Below, piece by piece: positions 10,384 through 19,202 of a stretch of 64,000 nucleotides of DNA. The stretch comes from an uncultured Gemmatimonadaceae bacterium (lineage in GTDB: Bacteria; Gemmatimonadota; Gemmatimonadetes; Gemmatimonadales; Gemmatimonadaceae). Location of the stretch: assembly GCA_963822945.1 (NCBI GenBank), contig CAWGJO010000027.1, positions 1 to 64,000 of the forward strand, in the 5' to 3' direction. The notes beneath the pieces were generated by a model, which ran no database searches, had not been told where the DNA came from, and saw nothing but the letters and a program-made list of their open reading frames with translations. The position numbers and the translations under genes were made by a program. Each line of letters begins with the position of its first letter. Positions within the stretch are counted from its first letter, which is position 1.

Positions 10384-11814
10384 ATGTCAGCCTCACGAAT
10401 CAGACGAGCGTCGATATGGTTTCTCGTTGCCGCAGCGGCGTTGCCGGGCGCGGCGAGCGCCCAGCAGGGCGGCGCGACCCCGACGCCGACTGCGGGACTG
10501 CCGTCCGATTCGGCGGTGCTGAGCATCATCTCGCAGCGAGTGAAGGAGGGCCGGAGTGCCGGGATCGTCGTCGGGTTGCTGGACCCCGACGGCAGCACCC
10601 GGGTGGTTGCGTTCGGCGATCCGGGGCCGGGCCAGCCGCCGCTGGACGGCAGCTCCGTATTCGAGATCGGATCGATCTCCAAGGTCTTCACAGCCACCGC
10701 GCTCGCCGACCTGGTGCAGTCGGGCAAGGTGAAACTCGACGACCCCGTACAGAAGTTCCTCCCCGACGACGTCACCGTGCCGTCGCGCGACGGCAAGCAG
10801 ATCACGCTGCTGAACCTGTCGGAACAGAATTCCGGGCTGCCGAGGATGCCCAGCAACTTCCATCCGAAGGACCCGAACAACCCGTACGCCGACTACACGG
10901 TGCAGCAGCTGTGGGACTTCCTTTCTCACTACACCCTGCCGCGGGATCCCGGGGCCCAGTTCGAGTATTCCAACCTCGGGGTTGGCCTGCTTGGCCAGGC
11001 GCTCTCGCGGGCTACGGGAGAGTCGTACGAAGCGATGGAGCGACGGATGGTGTGGCAGCCGCTCGGCATGACGCACACCGCCATCACGTTGACGCCGTGG
11101 ATGAAGCAGCACTTGGCGCTCGGCCACGATGCGAGCGGCAAGGTCACGGCCAACTGGGATCTGCCCACGCTGGCGGGGGCCGGCGCCATCCGGTCGACCA
11201 CCGACGATATGCTCAAGTTCCTGGCGGCCAATCTCCATCCCGAACGTGGGCCGCTGGAACGCGCGATGGCGTTCGCGCACGAGCAGCGGGCGCCGGCCGG
11301 CAGCCCAACCATGCGCATCGGGCTCAACTGGTTCACGCTTCACGCCGGCAACGACAGCGTCGTGTGGCACAACGGGGGCACGGGCGGTTATCGGACGTTC
11401 ATCGGATTCGAGCCCGCGCGGCGAGTGGGCGTGGTGATCATGACCAACAGCGGAGGTGAGGGCGCGGATGACATCGGCATGCACCTGCTCGATCCGGCGC
11501 TGCCGCTGGCGCCCAAGCCCGCGCCGCCGGTCAAGCGCACGGCAATCGATCTCCCCGCCGACTCGATGTCCCGATACGTGGGCGTCTACGAACTCGCGCC
11601 GAACTTCGACCTGACCGTAACGCTCACCGGCGATACCCTCTGGCTCCAGGCCACCGGCCAGGGACGGAACCGTCTCTGGCCCGAGTCACCGACCGAGTTC
11701 TTCTTCAAAGTGGTCGACGCCCAGATCACGTTCCTTCACGATGCCAAGGGCGCTGTCAGCGGTCTCATCCTGCACCAGAATGGGCAGCACCCGATCGCGA
11801 AGAAGATCAGGTAA
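10384..11814 (+). CDS. Serine hydrolase (beta-lactamase/peptidase S12 family) with C-terminal DUF3471-like domain
   Basis: Signal peptide, FEIGSISK (SxxK), YSN, HNGGTGG; GGAGG ribosome-binding site upstream. Confidence 0.9.
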   Translation: MSASRIRRASIWFLVAAAALPGAASAQQGGATPTPTAGLPSDSAVLSIISQRVKEGRSAGIVVGLLDPDGSTRVVAFGDPGPGQPPLDGSSVFEIGSISKVFTATALADLVQSGKVKLDDPVQKFLPDDVTVPSRDGKQITLLNLSEQNSGLPRMPSNFHPKDPNNPYADYTVQQLWDFLSHYTLPRDPGAQFEYSNLGVGLLGQALSRATGESYEAMERRMVWQPLGMTHTAITLTPWMKQHLALGHDASGKVTANWDLPTLAGAGAIRSTTDDMLKFLAANLHPERGPLERAMAFAHEQRAPAGSPTMRIGLNWFTLHAGNDSVVWHNGGTGGYRTFIGFEPARRVGVVIMTNSGGEGADDIGMHLLDPALPLAPKPAPPVKRTAIDLPADSMSRYVGVYELAPNFDLTVTLTGDTLWLQATGQGRNRLWPESPTEFFFKVVDAQITFLHDAKGAVSGLILHQNGQHPIAKKIR

Positions 11815-11826
11815 CAGAGCGCGGCC

Positions 11827-12708
11827 TCACAGCTCGTCGATCGACCTCGGCCAGTCCTGCTTGAGCAGCCGTGACAGGGCCCGGTCGGCGAGCAACCGGC
11901 CCTCGGTCTGACAGCGGGCGCAATAGTTGGTCTCGTTGTCGGCGTAGCGAATGCGCTGCACGGGCGTGCCGCACACCGGGCAGGGTTCGCGGAAGCGCCC
12001 GTGCACGGCCATGCCCTCGCGGAACGCCGTCACCTTGTCCGGGAATCCGTCGCCGACCTCGGCACGCAGCCGGTCGGTCCATCCGGCGAGGGTGCTTCGT
12101 GCCGCCTCGAAGAGGCGCGCGACCTCGTCATCCGTGAGCTTCGACGTGAGCTTGAGCGGCGACAGCCGGGCCGCGTGCAGGATCTCGTCGGAGTAGGCGT
12201 TGCCGATGCCGTCGAACAGACGCGGATCGGTGAGCGCCCGCTTGAGCGTGTGGTTCTCGCCACGCAGACGAGCCGCGAGATCGTCCGGCGGGGCCGTGAA
12301 CACGTCGAGTCCCCCGCGGTCGAACGCACGCAGCCCGTCGCGGCCCCGCACCAGGTGCACCGATGCCCGGCGTTTGGTGCCGGCTTCGGTGAGCAGCAGC
12401 GATCCGTCGTCGAAATCGAGGGCGAGCAAGGCGATTCGCCCGGGCGGCTTCTTGCCGATGGGCAACCACCGCAGGCGGCCGGCGATCATGAGATGGACGA
12501 CGAGGAACAGCGCGTCGTCGAACTCGACCACGATGCGCTTGCCGATGCGCGACACGCCGCGCACGCGACGGGCGTCGACGGCGGACAGCGGCGGGTCGAC
12601 GGTGCGCAGCACGAACGGGCTGAGCAGTCGTGCCCGCAACACCGTGCGGCCAACGATGCGCCGGCTTAGCGCCTCGACGTAGATCGTGATATCGGGGAGT
12701 TCTGGCAT
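11827..12708 (-). CDS. Fpg/Nei family DNA glycosylase
   Basis: N-terminal MPELPD, HLMIAG, GIGNAYSDEIL H2TH motif, CPVC...CARC zinc finger. Confidence 0.92.
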   Translation of the reverse strand: MPELPDITIYVEALSRRIVGRTVLRARLLSPFVLRTVDPPLSAVDARRVRGVSRIGKRIVVEFDDALFLVVHLMIAGRLRWLPIGKKPPGRIALLALDFDDGSLLLTEAGTKRRASVHLVRGRDGLRAFDRGGLDVFTAPPDDLAARLRGENHTLKRALTDPRLFDGIGNAYSDEILHAARLSPLKLTSKLTDDEVARLFEAARSTLAGWTDRLRAEVGDGFPDKVTAFREGMAVHGRFREPCPVCGTPVQRIRYADNETNYCARCQTEGRLLADRALSRLLKQDWPRSIDEL

Positions 12709-12772
12709 CGATGCACCGTATCATCGCTTCCATGGCGGGCCGAACGCGAGGGGTGTAGTGTCCGGAGCGCCC

Positions 12773-13480
12773 ATGCCGTCCCTCCACTTCAGCTCCTGGC
12801 TCTTTCTCGCCTTCGTTGCGCTCGGGCTTCCGTACGGCGCCGTCACGACGGCACGGCGGACGCGCAGCGCCGAGGGGCCGGCGCACATCGCCTCGCGGTC
12901 GCAGTTGCATCTGAATGCGATGGCCACGCACCTGCTCATCTTCGGCATCGCGTGGTACGCGGGGCTGCTCCAGGGGCTGCGGTTTCTGGGGCCCGTGCAC
13001 CTCACCGCAGGCGACTTCCTGGCCGGCGCCGCGGCGCTCGCAGTGATGGGCGGCATGGCGTGGCTCTCCCAGCGCATGCGCAGCGAGGAGGAGCGGCGCC
13101 GCATGTGGGTGTTGGGGTTCCTGCCGCGCACGCTGCGGGAAGGCGTGCCGTTCACGCTGCTCGCGGCCGCCGGCGCTGTTTCGGAGGAACTCGCCTATCG
13201 CGGTGTCACGTTCACCTTGTGCACCATGCTCACCGGCAGCGCGCTCGCCGGTGCCCTGATCGCCGCGCTGGTGTTCGCGGCCGCGCACTTCCCCCAGGGC
13301 GGCAAGAGCATGGCGATCATCTTCGGCATCGCGCTCGTCAAACAGGAACTGGTGGTGTTCACGGGCACGCTGTGGGTGGCCATCGGCGTCCATTTCACGT
13401 ACAACGTGCTCACGGCCTTGCGGATGGCGCGGCAGGCGAGAGAGTTCGCGCCGTCGCCTGCAGGGCCCCCGGCTGATTGA
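12773..13480 (+). CDS. CPBP (CAAX/Abi) family intramembrane glutamic protease
   Basis: SEELAYRG, FAAAH and HFTYN motifs in a multi-TM protein. Confidence 0.88.
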   Translation: MPSLHFSSWLFLAFVALGLPYGAVTTARRTRSAEGPAHIASRSQLHLNAMATHLLIFGIAWYAGLLQGLRFLGPVHLTAGDFLAGAAALAVMGGMAWLSQRMRSEEERRRMWVLGFLPRTLREGVPFTLLAAAGAVSEELAYRGVTFTLCTMLTGSALAGALIAALVFAAAHFPQGGKSMAIIFGIALVKQELVVFTGTLWVAIGVHFTYNVLTALRMARQAREFAPSPAGPPAD

Positions 13481-13540
13481 CGCCACGGTGGCCACGGCCG
13501 AGTTTCCTTCTCCTCGCCTTTCGGATGGAGATGCGCGCCG

Positions 13541-16336
13541 ATGATCGCCTGCGTTCTCGCTCTCGCGGTTCTGCTTCAAGCCCCAGGAGATTCCACCCCG
13601 CTGGCCGGCGCGCGAAATCCCGCGTACGCGCCCGACGGGCGGCTCGCCGTTTCCCGGCACGGCGATCTCTGGGTGCGGCAGCCGGACGGCCGATGGACCC
13701 AGCTCACGCGCGGCGCCTTCGTCGATCGCGAACCGGCGTGGACCGCGCGCGGCGACTCGGTGGTGTTCTCGTCCAACCGCGACGGCGGATTCGCCCTCTG
13801 GGTCGTCGGTGCCTCCGGCGGTGAGCCGGCGCGCCTCACCGACGGTCCCGCCGACGGCGAGCCGGCGGTGGCGCCCGACGGCAGCGTGTTCTTCATCCGC
13901 GGCTCGACGACGGTGGGCCGCCTCTGGGAGCGCAAACCCGGGGGCGCCGAACACCGCGTGACCGACAATGAGGACGCGGAATCGTGGCCGGCAGTATCGC
14001 GGCAGGGCGCGCTGGCGTACGTGACGTCGCACGACGGCACGGGGCACCTGCACGTGCGCGCCGCCGGCGACGTCGGTCGCGACCGCGACATCGTCGAGGC
14101 CCGTGGGCTGGACCACCCGGCGTGGTCGCCCGACGGCCAGCGGCTCGTCTACACTGCCGCGGCGCCGAGCGATGCAGTCTACGTGACGTCGATCGACGGC
14201 GCGTACACGAATCTCGTCAGCACCGAGAACGCCGAGGCCGCCTGGAGCCCCGACGGGGCACACCTGCTCCTCGTGCAGCGGCCGCCGCCCGACGTGTCGT
14301 ACAACGGCGATCCCAACCGGTTGGGCGATCGCGACGCATACGATGCCTTTTCCGACGACGGGCGCATGTGGATGGTCGACGCCCCGGTGGCCCCCGATGC
14401 CGGACTTGCCGCGCTTTCGCCGGCCCCCGTGAATCGCGCGGAGCGCAACGCCGAGGTCTTCGACCGGTTCTTCGCCCGGCAGACGAAGCTCTATTACTCC
14501 GGCCGCTCGGCAGCCGCCCGCCGCGCCCGGTGGGATGCGCTGCGTGCCGGGTACCGCGAGCGGGCCATCGCCGCAACCAGCGACGACGGACTGCGTACCG
14601 TGTTGCACCAGATGCTCGAAGCGCGCCCGCCGCTGCGCAACGACGCCACGGGGCGCGCGGCCGTCTCGAGCGCGAGCCCGGTGGCCACGGCCGCGGGGCT
14701 CGAGATCCTGCGCGAGGGAGGCAACGTGGTGGACGCCGCGGTGGCCGTGTCGTTCGCGCTCGCGGTGGCGGAACCGGACGCCAGCGGACCCGGCGGCTAC
14801 GGACAGATGCTCGTCTTCCAGCGCGGGATGGCGAAGCCGCATCTGATCGAGTTCATGACGCGGGTGCCCGAGGACGCCTCGCTCTCGAACCTGCCGGGCC
14901 TGCCGGACGAGCGCCCGGGCATGACCAACGTGCCCGGCACGGTGGCCGGGATGTACCACGCGTGGGAGCAGTTCGGCAGCAAGAAGATCCCGTGGGCCCG
15001 CCTGCTGGCGCCGGCCATTCGCGCCGCGCGCGACGGCTACGTGGTGAGCGACGGACTGGCGACGACGCTCGCCACGGAGCGCGACCAGTTCCTCAAGTAT
15101 CCGGGCGCGCGGGCGCTGTTCTTCCGCCACGGAGAGCCGCTGCACGCCGGCGACACGCTCCAGAACCCGGACCTCGCATGGACGCTGCAGCAGATCGCGG
15201 ACAGGGGCGCCGACGGCTTCTACAAGGGCGAAGTGGCGAAGCGCATGGTGGACGATCTCCGGCAGCACGGCAATCTGATGAAGATGAGCGACATGGCGCG
15301 CTACTTCGCCGTCGACCGTGAACCGGTGAGCGGCACCTATCGCGGGTACACGCTCTATTCCACCGCGCCGCCGGTGGCCGGCGGCGCCGAGCTGGTGTCG
15401 ACGCTGAACATGCTGTCGCACGTGACCACGCCGCGTCCCTATACCGACGACATCCACACGCTCAACGCGATGATCCAGGCGTGGCAACTGGTGCCCTCCA
15501 CGCGCGGCCGCATTGCCGACCCAAGTCTCTGGCCGGTGGATCTCGTGCCGTTCACGAGCCGTGACACGGCCGACGCCCGCTGGCGGTGCAGCAATCCCGA
15601 TCACGCCCTGAGCATCGAAGCCATTCGCGGAGATTCCGTCGCCTGCGACGGCCCGGGCATCGGGCGCCCGAACGAGGTCGACGTCGACACGCCGGAGCCG
15701 AACTGGGATCCCAAACGCTCCACCGGCACGACGGCGTTCATGGTGGCCGACGCGCAGGGGAACATCGTGGCCGTCACGCAGACGCTCGGCACCTGGGGCG
15801 GCACGTTCTACGTCACGCCCGGGCTCGGCTTCCTGTACAACGACAAGCTGGGCTCGTACTCCACCGACTCGACGGCATACGGCGCACGCCTTCCGTTCGC
15901 ACGTCATGGGAGCACCATCGCGCCGACCATCATCTTCCGGGGCACGGGTCCGGCGCAGCAGCCGTTCGCGGCGGTGGGCGCGGCCGGCAATGCGTGGATC
16001 ACGGCGGGCGTGTATCAGACCATCGTCGGGATGCTCGACGATCACCTGGGACCACAGGCGGCGCTGGAACTCCCGCGTTTCCTGCTGAGCGGGGGCGGCG
16101 GGCGCCGGGGCCGCGGCGGCCCACGAACCGCGCCGAGCGGCGTCACGATCCAGATGGAGGACGGGTTCAGCCCCGAGGTGATGCGCGCGCTCCAGGCGAT
16201 GGGTTATCGCCCGCGCCTGGTGTCGCTCATCGGCGAATTGCGCGAGGGGTACGGGGCGGCAGTGATGATCCACGACGGCCAGGTGACCGCCGGCGCCGAC
16301 CCGCGGCGCAGCGGGACGGCGGGAGCAATTCACTAA
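13541..16336 (+). CDS. Gamma-glutamyltransferase fused to an N-terminal TolB-like (PD40) beta-propeller
   Basis: Repeated PAY/PAW/PAV-x-PDG blades, then GGNVVDAAVA, NPDLAWTL, GFYKG, TGTTAFMVADAQGN (catalytic Thr) and GADPRR. Confidence 0.88.
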   Translation: MIACVLALAVLLQAPGDSTPLAGARNPAYAPDGRLAVSRHGDLWVRQPDGRWTQLTRGAFVDREPAWTARGDSVVFSSNRDGGFALWVVGASGGEPARLTDGPADGEPAVAPDGSVFFIRGSTTVGRLWERKPGGAEHRVTDNEDAESWPAVSRQGALAYVTSHDGTGHLHVRAAGDVGRDRDIVEARGLDHPAWSPDGQRLVYTAAAPSDAVYVTSIDGAYTNLVSTENAEAAWSPDGAHLLLVQRPPPDVSYNGDPNRLGDRDAYDAFSDDGRMWMVDAPVAPDAGLAALSPAPVNRAERNAEVFDRFFARQTKLYYSGRSAAARRARWDALRAGYRERAIAATSDDGLRTVLHQMLEARPPLRNDATGRAAVSSASPVATAAGLEILREGGNVVDAAVAVSFALAVAEPDASGPGGYGQMLVFQRGMAKPHLIEFMTRVPEDASLSNLPGLPDERPGMTNVPGTVAGMYHAWEQFGSKKIPWARLLAPAIRAARDGYVVSDGLATTLATERDQFLKYPGARALFFRHGEPLHAGDTLQNPDLAWTLQQIADRGADGFYKGEVAKRMVDDLRQHGNLMKMSDMARYFAVDREPVSGTYRGYTLYSTAPPVAGGAELVSTLNMLSHVTTPRPYTDDIHTLNAMIQAWQLVPSTRGRIADPSLWPVDLVPFTSRDTADARWRCSNPDHALSIEAIRGDSVACDGPGIGRPNEVDVDTPEPNWDPKRSTGTTAFMVADAQGNIVAVTQTLGTWGGTFYVTPGLGFLYNDKLGSYSTDSTAYGARLPFARHGSTIAPTIIFRGTGPAQQPFAAVGAAGNAWITAGVYQTIVGMLDDHLGPQAALELPRFLLSGGGGRRGRGGPRTAPSGVTIQMEDGFSPEVMRALQAMGYRPRLVSLIGELREGYGAAVMIHDGQVTAGADPRRSGTAGAIH

Positions 16337-16386
16337 CGCCGACGCGCCGCCGATCCGTGCACCGGGGCGCGCCGTTTCCCTTCAAA

Positions 16387-16549
16387 GAGTCCGTTTCTGT
16401 CCGTTGCTCCTTCCGTTCACTCCGTATCCTCAGGCGTAGAACGCCGACCGATTGAGCTCCCCGTGGAACACGAGGATCTCTACCGTTCGAGCTTCAACGA
16501 TTCTGGATACGGACTGAACGGAGACTACGACGGACTGGAACGGATTCTC
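16387..16549. repeat. ~163-bp imperfect palindrome (REPIN-like hairpin element), copy A
   Basis: TCCGT at 16390/16400/16412/16421 mirrored by ACGGA at 16509/16518/16530/16540; core TCCGTATCC...GGATACGGA; homologous to 26868-27033. Confidence 0.85.
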
Positions 16550-16595
16550 GACGGTGCAACGACATGACCGCGCATTGCCGGCCGAGCTCCGCGGC

Positions 16596-17135
16596 CTACC
16601 GTCCACCGCCAACGGTCTTCGTGGTATCGGGCGCCGGCAGGTCGGACAGATGCTCCTGGATGATCACCCACTTCTGACCCTGGCGGACGAACACGGCCGT
16701 CCATGCCCCGCCGATGTCGTGCGGTTCACCGCGCGGCGTGTGGTGCGGAATGTGGTACGTGGCGGTCATCACCGCGGCGTCGGGCGAGAGTACGTCGATG
16801 ATCATCTGCTTCCACACCCACCGTGGTTTCTGCATGTACCGGCCGACGTTGTCCCAGAAGAAGTGAATGCCGCCGGCGAGCGAATCGAGCGACGTGATGA
16901 TCTTGCCGCCGGTTGCCGAGACGATCCGCCCCGAGTCGGGATAGAGGCTGAGCATGTTGGCGGCGATGTTCGGGCGGGACAGGTCGTACGCCTTGGTCAC
17001 CTCGTCGCGGATCTCGCTCCGGATCTCCTCGGCCTGGGCGTGCGTGAGCCCCGAGCGTTCGGGGGGTGGGGCGGCGCAGGCGGCGATGACCAGCGCCAGC
17101 GCGGACAGCAGACGTGCGCGCGATATCCGGTGCAT
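16596..17135 (-). CDS. NTF2-like (DUF4440/SnoaL) lipoprotein
   Basis: Lipobox-like IAAC, VLSPDAAVMTA, WTAVFVRQGQKWVIIQEHLS C-terminal motif. Confidence 0.8.
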   Translation of the reverse strand: MHRISRARLLSALALVIAACAAPPPERSGLTHAQAEEIRSEIRDEVTKAYDLSRPNIAANMLSLYPDSGRIVSATGGKIITSLDSLAGGIHFFWDNVGRYMQKPRWVWKQMIIDVLSPDAAVMTATYHIPHHTPRGEPHDIGGAWTAVFVRQGQKWVIIQEHLSDLPAPDTTKTVGGGR

Positions 17136-17307
17136 GGCGAACAGTCTACGGCGCCCCGTCTCGGGTGTACATGGCAAGACCGGACACGGTCAGACCGGGT
17201 CGGCCGCACGACGTCCGGAGGAAGTCGTTTCGATACACGCGGCCGGCCGTCGTCCCCGATGCCGGACAACATTTTGGGCTAAACCCGCGAGGCAGGGCGT
17301 TCGTGGC

Positions 17308-17323
17308 TGGCGTGATGCTTGCA
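17308..17323 (+). promoter_or_regulatory. Sigma-54 promoter upstream of the hypothetical lipoprotein
   Basis: TGGCGTGATGCTTGCA, close to consensus TGGCAC-N5-TTGCW, 65 bp before the GTG start. Confidence 0.7.
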
Positions 17324-17388
17324 GGATTTTTCGTATAGCGTATTGTATACAGCGTACACCACCCACCCGCAGGTTCCCTGGAGACGCT

Positions 17389-18039
17389 GTGCGAAACACC
17401 TTCATACTCGCGCTCGCTGTCCCGTTCGCCCTCGTGTCGTGCGGTCATGCCGACCGTGCGGTTGGGGGCAACGACGTGGACCTGCAGCGCGATCTCAAGC
17501 TCGCCGCTACGAGCACCATCGATCTCGCCCAACCGCAGGTGAATCCGGCGAACTTCGACCGCCTGGAGACCGCGCCGCAGACCGAACTCCGGGCGGTACC
17601 GCGTGTCCGGAAGAGCACCGGTCCCAAGGCGGTGGCATCGAAGACACCCACGCTGCACGCGACCGCGATCCCGGAGGCCGTGTCCACGGAGAACGTGCCT
17701 CAGGTCGAGACGGTGGCCCAGAAACCGGCGTCCATCGCCAGTTCCGACCCGGTGGCGAGCCTGCCGTGGCCGGGGTCGGGCGGGAAGATTGGTGCCGGAG
17801 ACTACGGACCCAGCGCCGCCGGCCCGAGCGGCGGGAGAGAGGCCCGGGGCGGGGACGGGAGCGGGGGCCTCGGTGGCATCGGCCCGATCATCGGCGTGGT
17901 GATCCGTGGCGGCGGAGTGGACGGCGATCACTGCGAGCCGCACGGTCGGGGACGGACACCGGGCGTCTACCTTCCGCCGCCAGGCGGGTTCGGGGGGAAC
18001 ACGCGCTTCCCGGTGATCCCGCGCGGCGGGCGCCACTAA
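17389..18039 (+). CDS. Hypothetical Pro/Gly-rich lipoprotein
   Basis: GGAG then GTG; signal MRNTFILALAVPFALVSC; DLQRDLKLA; low-complexity body; C-terminal VIRGGGVDGDHCE. Confidence 0.7.
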   Translation: MRNTFILALAVPFALVSCGHADRAVGGNDVDLQRDLKLAATSTIDLAQPQVNPANFDRLETAPQTELRAVPRVRKSTGPKAVASKTPTLHATAIPEAVSTENVPQVETVAQKPASIASSDPVASLPWPGSGGKIGAGDYGPSAAGPSGGREARGGDGSGGLGGIGPIIGVVIRGGGVDGDHCEPHGRGRTPGVYLPPPGGFGGNTRFPVIPRGGRH

Positions 18040-18077
18040 CCGGCCGCATCGCACTGCCCCACCCTGCAACGCACGAC

Positions 18078-18107
18078 GAACGCCGCCGGACGATTCCGGC
18101 GGCGTTC
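18078..18107 (+). terminator. Perfect 13-bp stem hairpin, terminator-like (no U tract)
   Basis: GAACGCCGCCGGA-CGAT-TCCGGCGGCGTTC, 39 bp after the stop at 18039. Confidence 0.55.
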
Positions 18108-18419
18108 ATGCATTCGCGGCGCCTGCGACCGTGCATGCAAGGGCGGCCGTTCGCCCCACGGCACGGGGGTCTTACAAAAGCCGTGCAGATGCCGGCCGGG
18201 CACCCGTGCCCGGCCTCAACTCTGCGTTCTGCATTCGGTTAAGCGTTCGTCGATACGCGGCACGCGGGCGGTGGCTCACACTTCCCGTGATCGACCCAAT
18301 TGACGTGTGGATCGGTTGTCATCATCGTGCGGCATGACGCTGGCGCGCGGCCTGCCGCCCGAGACGAACCCCAGCGGCCGAGGACACGTCGTCATGGGCG
18401 TCTTGCGCGGGAGGTGCGC

Positions 18420-18983
18420 ATGAAAAGGGCATTTCGAGTCGGGATGGCGAACGGCTTCTTCGCCGCCGCCTGCATCGCCGCCGCGTTCGCCGTGCCCGCG
18501 GGCGCGCAGCAGAAGCCCCCTGCGAAGACCGACACCACCGCTGGCGCCGCCAAAGCCGCGGCCGATACCGATTTTCAGACGAACGACATGCAGCAGTTCG
18601 AGGCGCGTCGCAAGCGTGGTGCCGGCTACTTCCTCACTGGCGCCCAGATCCGGCGGGACCGGGGCCGAGCGCTGGGCGACATCATCACGGCGCACATCCC
18701 CGGCCTCCGCATGCTGTACGGCACGCATCTGAATTCGCAGTACCTGATCAGCCTGCGCGGCGAGGGACCGAATGCGCTCGCCGTCAACGGCGGGGGTGCG
18801 TCGCTCTGCTATGTGCAGGTTTTCGTGGACGGCTCATTCATCATCGACGGAGACATCAGCTGGATCAGCCCCAGCAACGTCGCCGGCCTCGAATTCTACG
18901 ACGCCACCCGCGTGCCACCCGCGTACCGCCGGCCCGACGGCGAGTGCGGGGTACTGCTGGTCTGGTCCCGCACCGGCGGCTGA
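18420..18983 (+). CDS. Secreted stand-alone TonB-receptor plug-like domain protein
   Basis: Signal peptide, GYFLTGAQI, IPGLRM, C-x-x-x-VFVDG, VAGLEFY, CGVLLVWSR; no beta-barrel follows. Confidence 0.7.
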   Translation: MKRAFRVGMANGFFAAACIAAAFAVPAGAQQKPPAKTDTTAGAAKAAADTDFQTNDMQQFEARRKRGAGYFLTGAQIRRDRGRALGDIITAHIPGLRMLYGTHLNSQYLISLRGEGPNALAVNGGGASLCYVQVFVDGSFIIDGDISWISPSNVAGLEFYDATRVPPAYRRPDGECGVLLVWSRTGG

Positions 18984-19032
18984 CACCTCCGGGCCCGGTC
19001 TGCCGTAGTCCACGCAGCGGCGGCGCCGCTGG

Positions 19033-19069
19033 TGTTCGGATGTGGGACGCTCAATCCCACTTCCGCACA
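19033..19069. promoter_or_regulatory. Inverted repeat, candidate upstream activator sequence for an NtrC-type regulator
   Basis: TGTTCGGATGTGGGA-N7-TCCCACTTCCGCACA (13/15 complementary), 75-110 bp upstream of the sigma-54 box. Confidence 0.55.
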
Positions 19070-19141
19070 GGGGGTTCAAACCTTTCCGCGCCGCCCGGAG
19101 TCTAACCTCACCAAACACAGGCACTTGCCGCGTGCGCCCAC

Positions 19142-19156
19142 TGGCACGCGCCTTGC
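19142..19156 (+). promoter_or_regulatory. Sigma-54 (-24/-12) promoter of the ABC export operon
   Basis: TGGCACGCGCCTTGC matches TGGCAC-N5-TTGC exactly, 46 bp before GTG 19203. Confidence 0.8.
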
Positions 19157-19202
19157 CCTACCGAGGGGGACGATGGTCTGACCCCTCTCGACGAGAATTC
19201 GC

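Noticed and set aside
6407..13480. Anti-phage defence island (TerB, methyltransferase, Abi/CPBP)
   Set aside because: The methyltransferase is a small-molecule class I type without DNA MTase motifs, CPBP is a membrane protease, and no nuclease or NTPase partners are present.
12128..16333. 1401-aa minus-strand ORF and similar long ORFs (476..2266, 39018..41660, 51715..55113, 58481..61366)
   Set aside because: Antisense shadows of well-supported genes in high-GC DNA; Arg/Ala/Gly-rich with no recognisable motifs.
16387..16549. Integron attC site or tRNA
   Set aside because: No RYYYAAC/GTTRRRY ends placed as in attC, no integrase, and no cloverleaf with a T-loop and CCA end.
18110..18410. Riboswitch in the 380-bp intergenic region (hairpin GGCCGGGCAC/GTGCCCGGCC at 18194-18215)
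   Set aside because: No recognisable cobalamin, TPP, SAM or c-di-GMP consensus; a single GC-rich hairpin is expected by chance.
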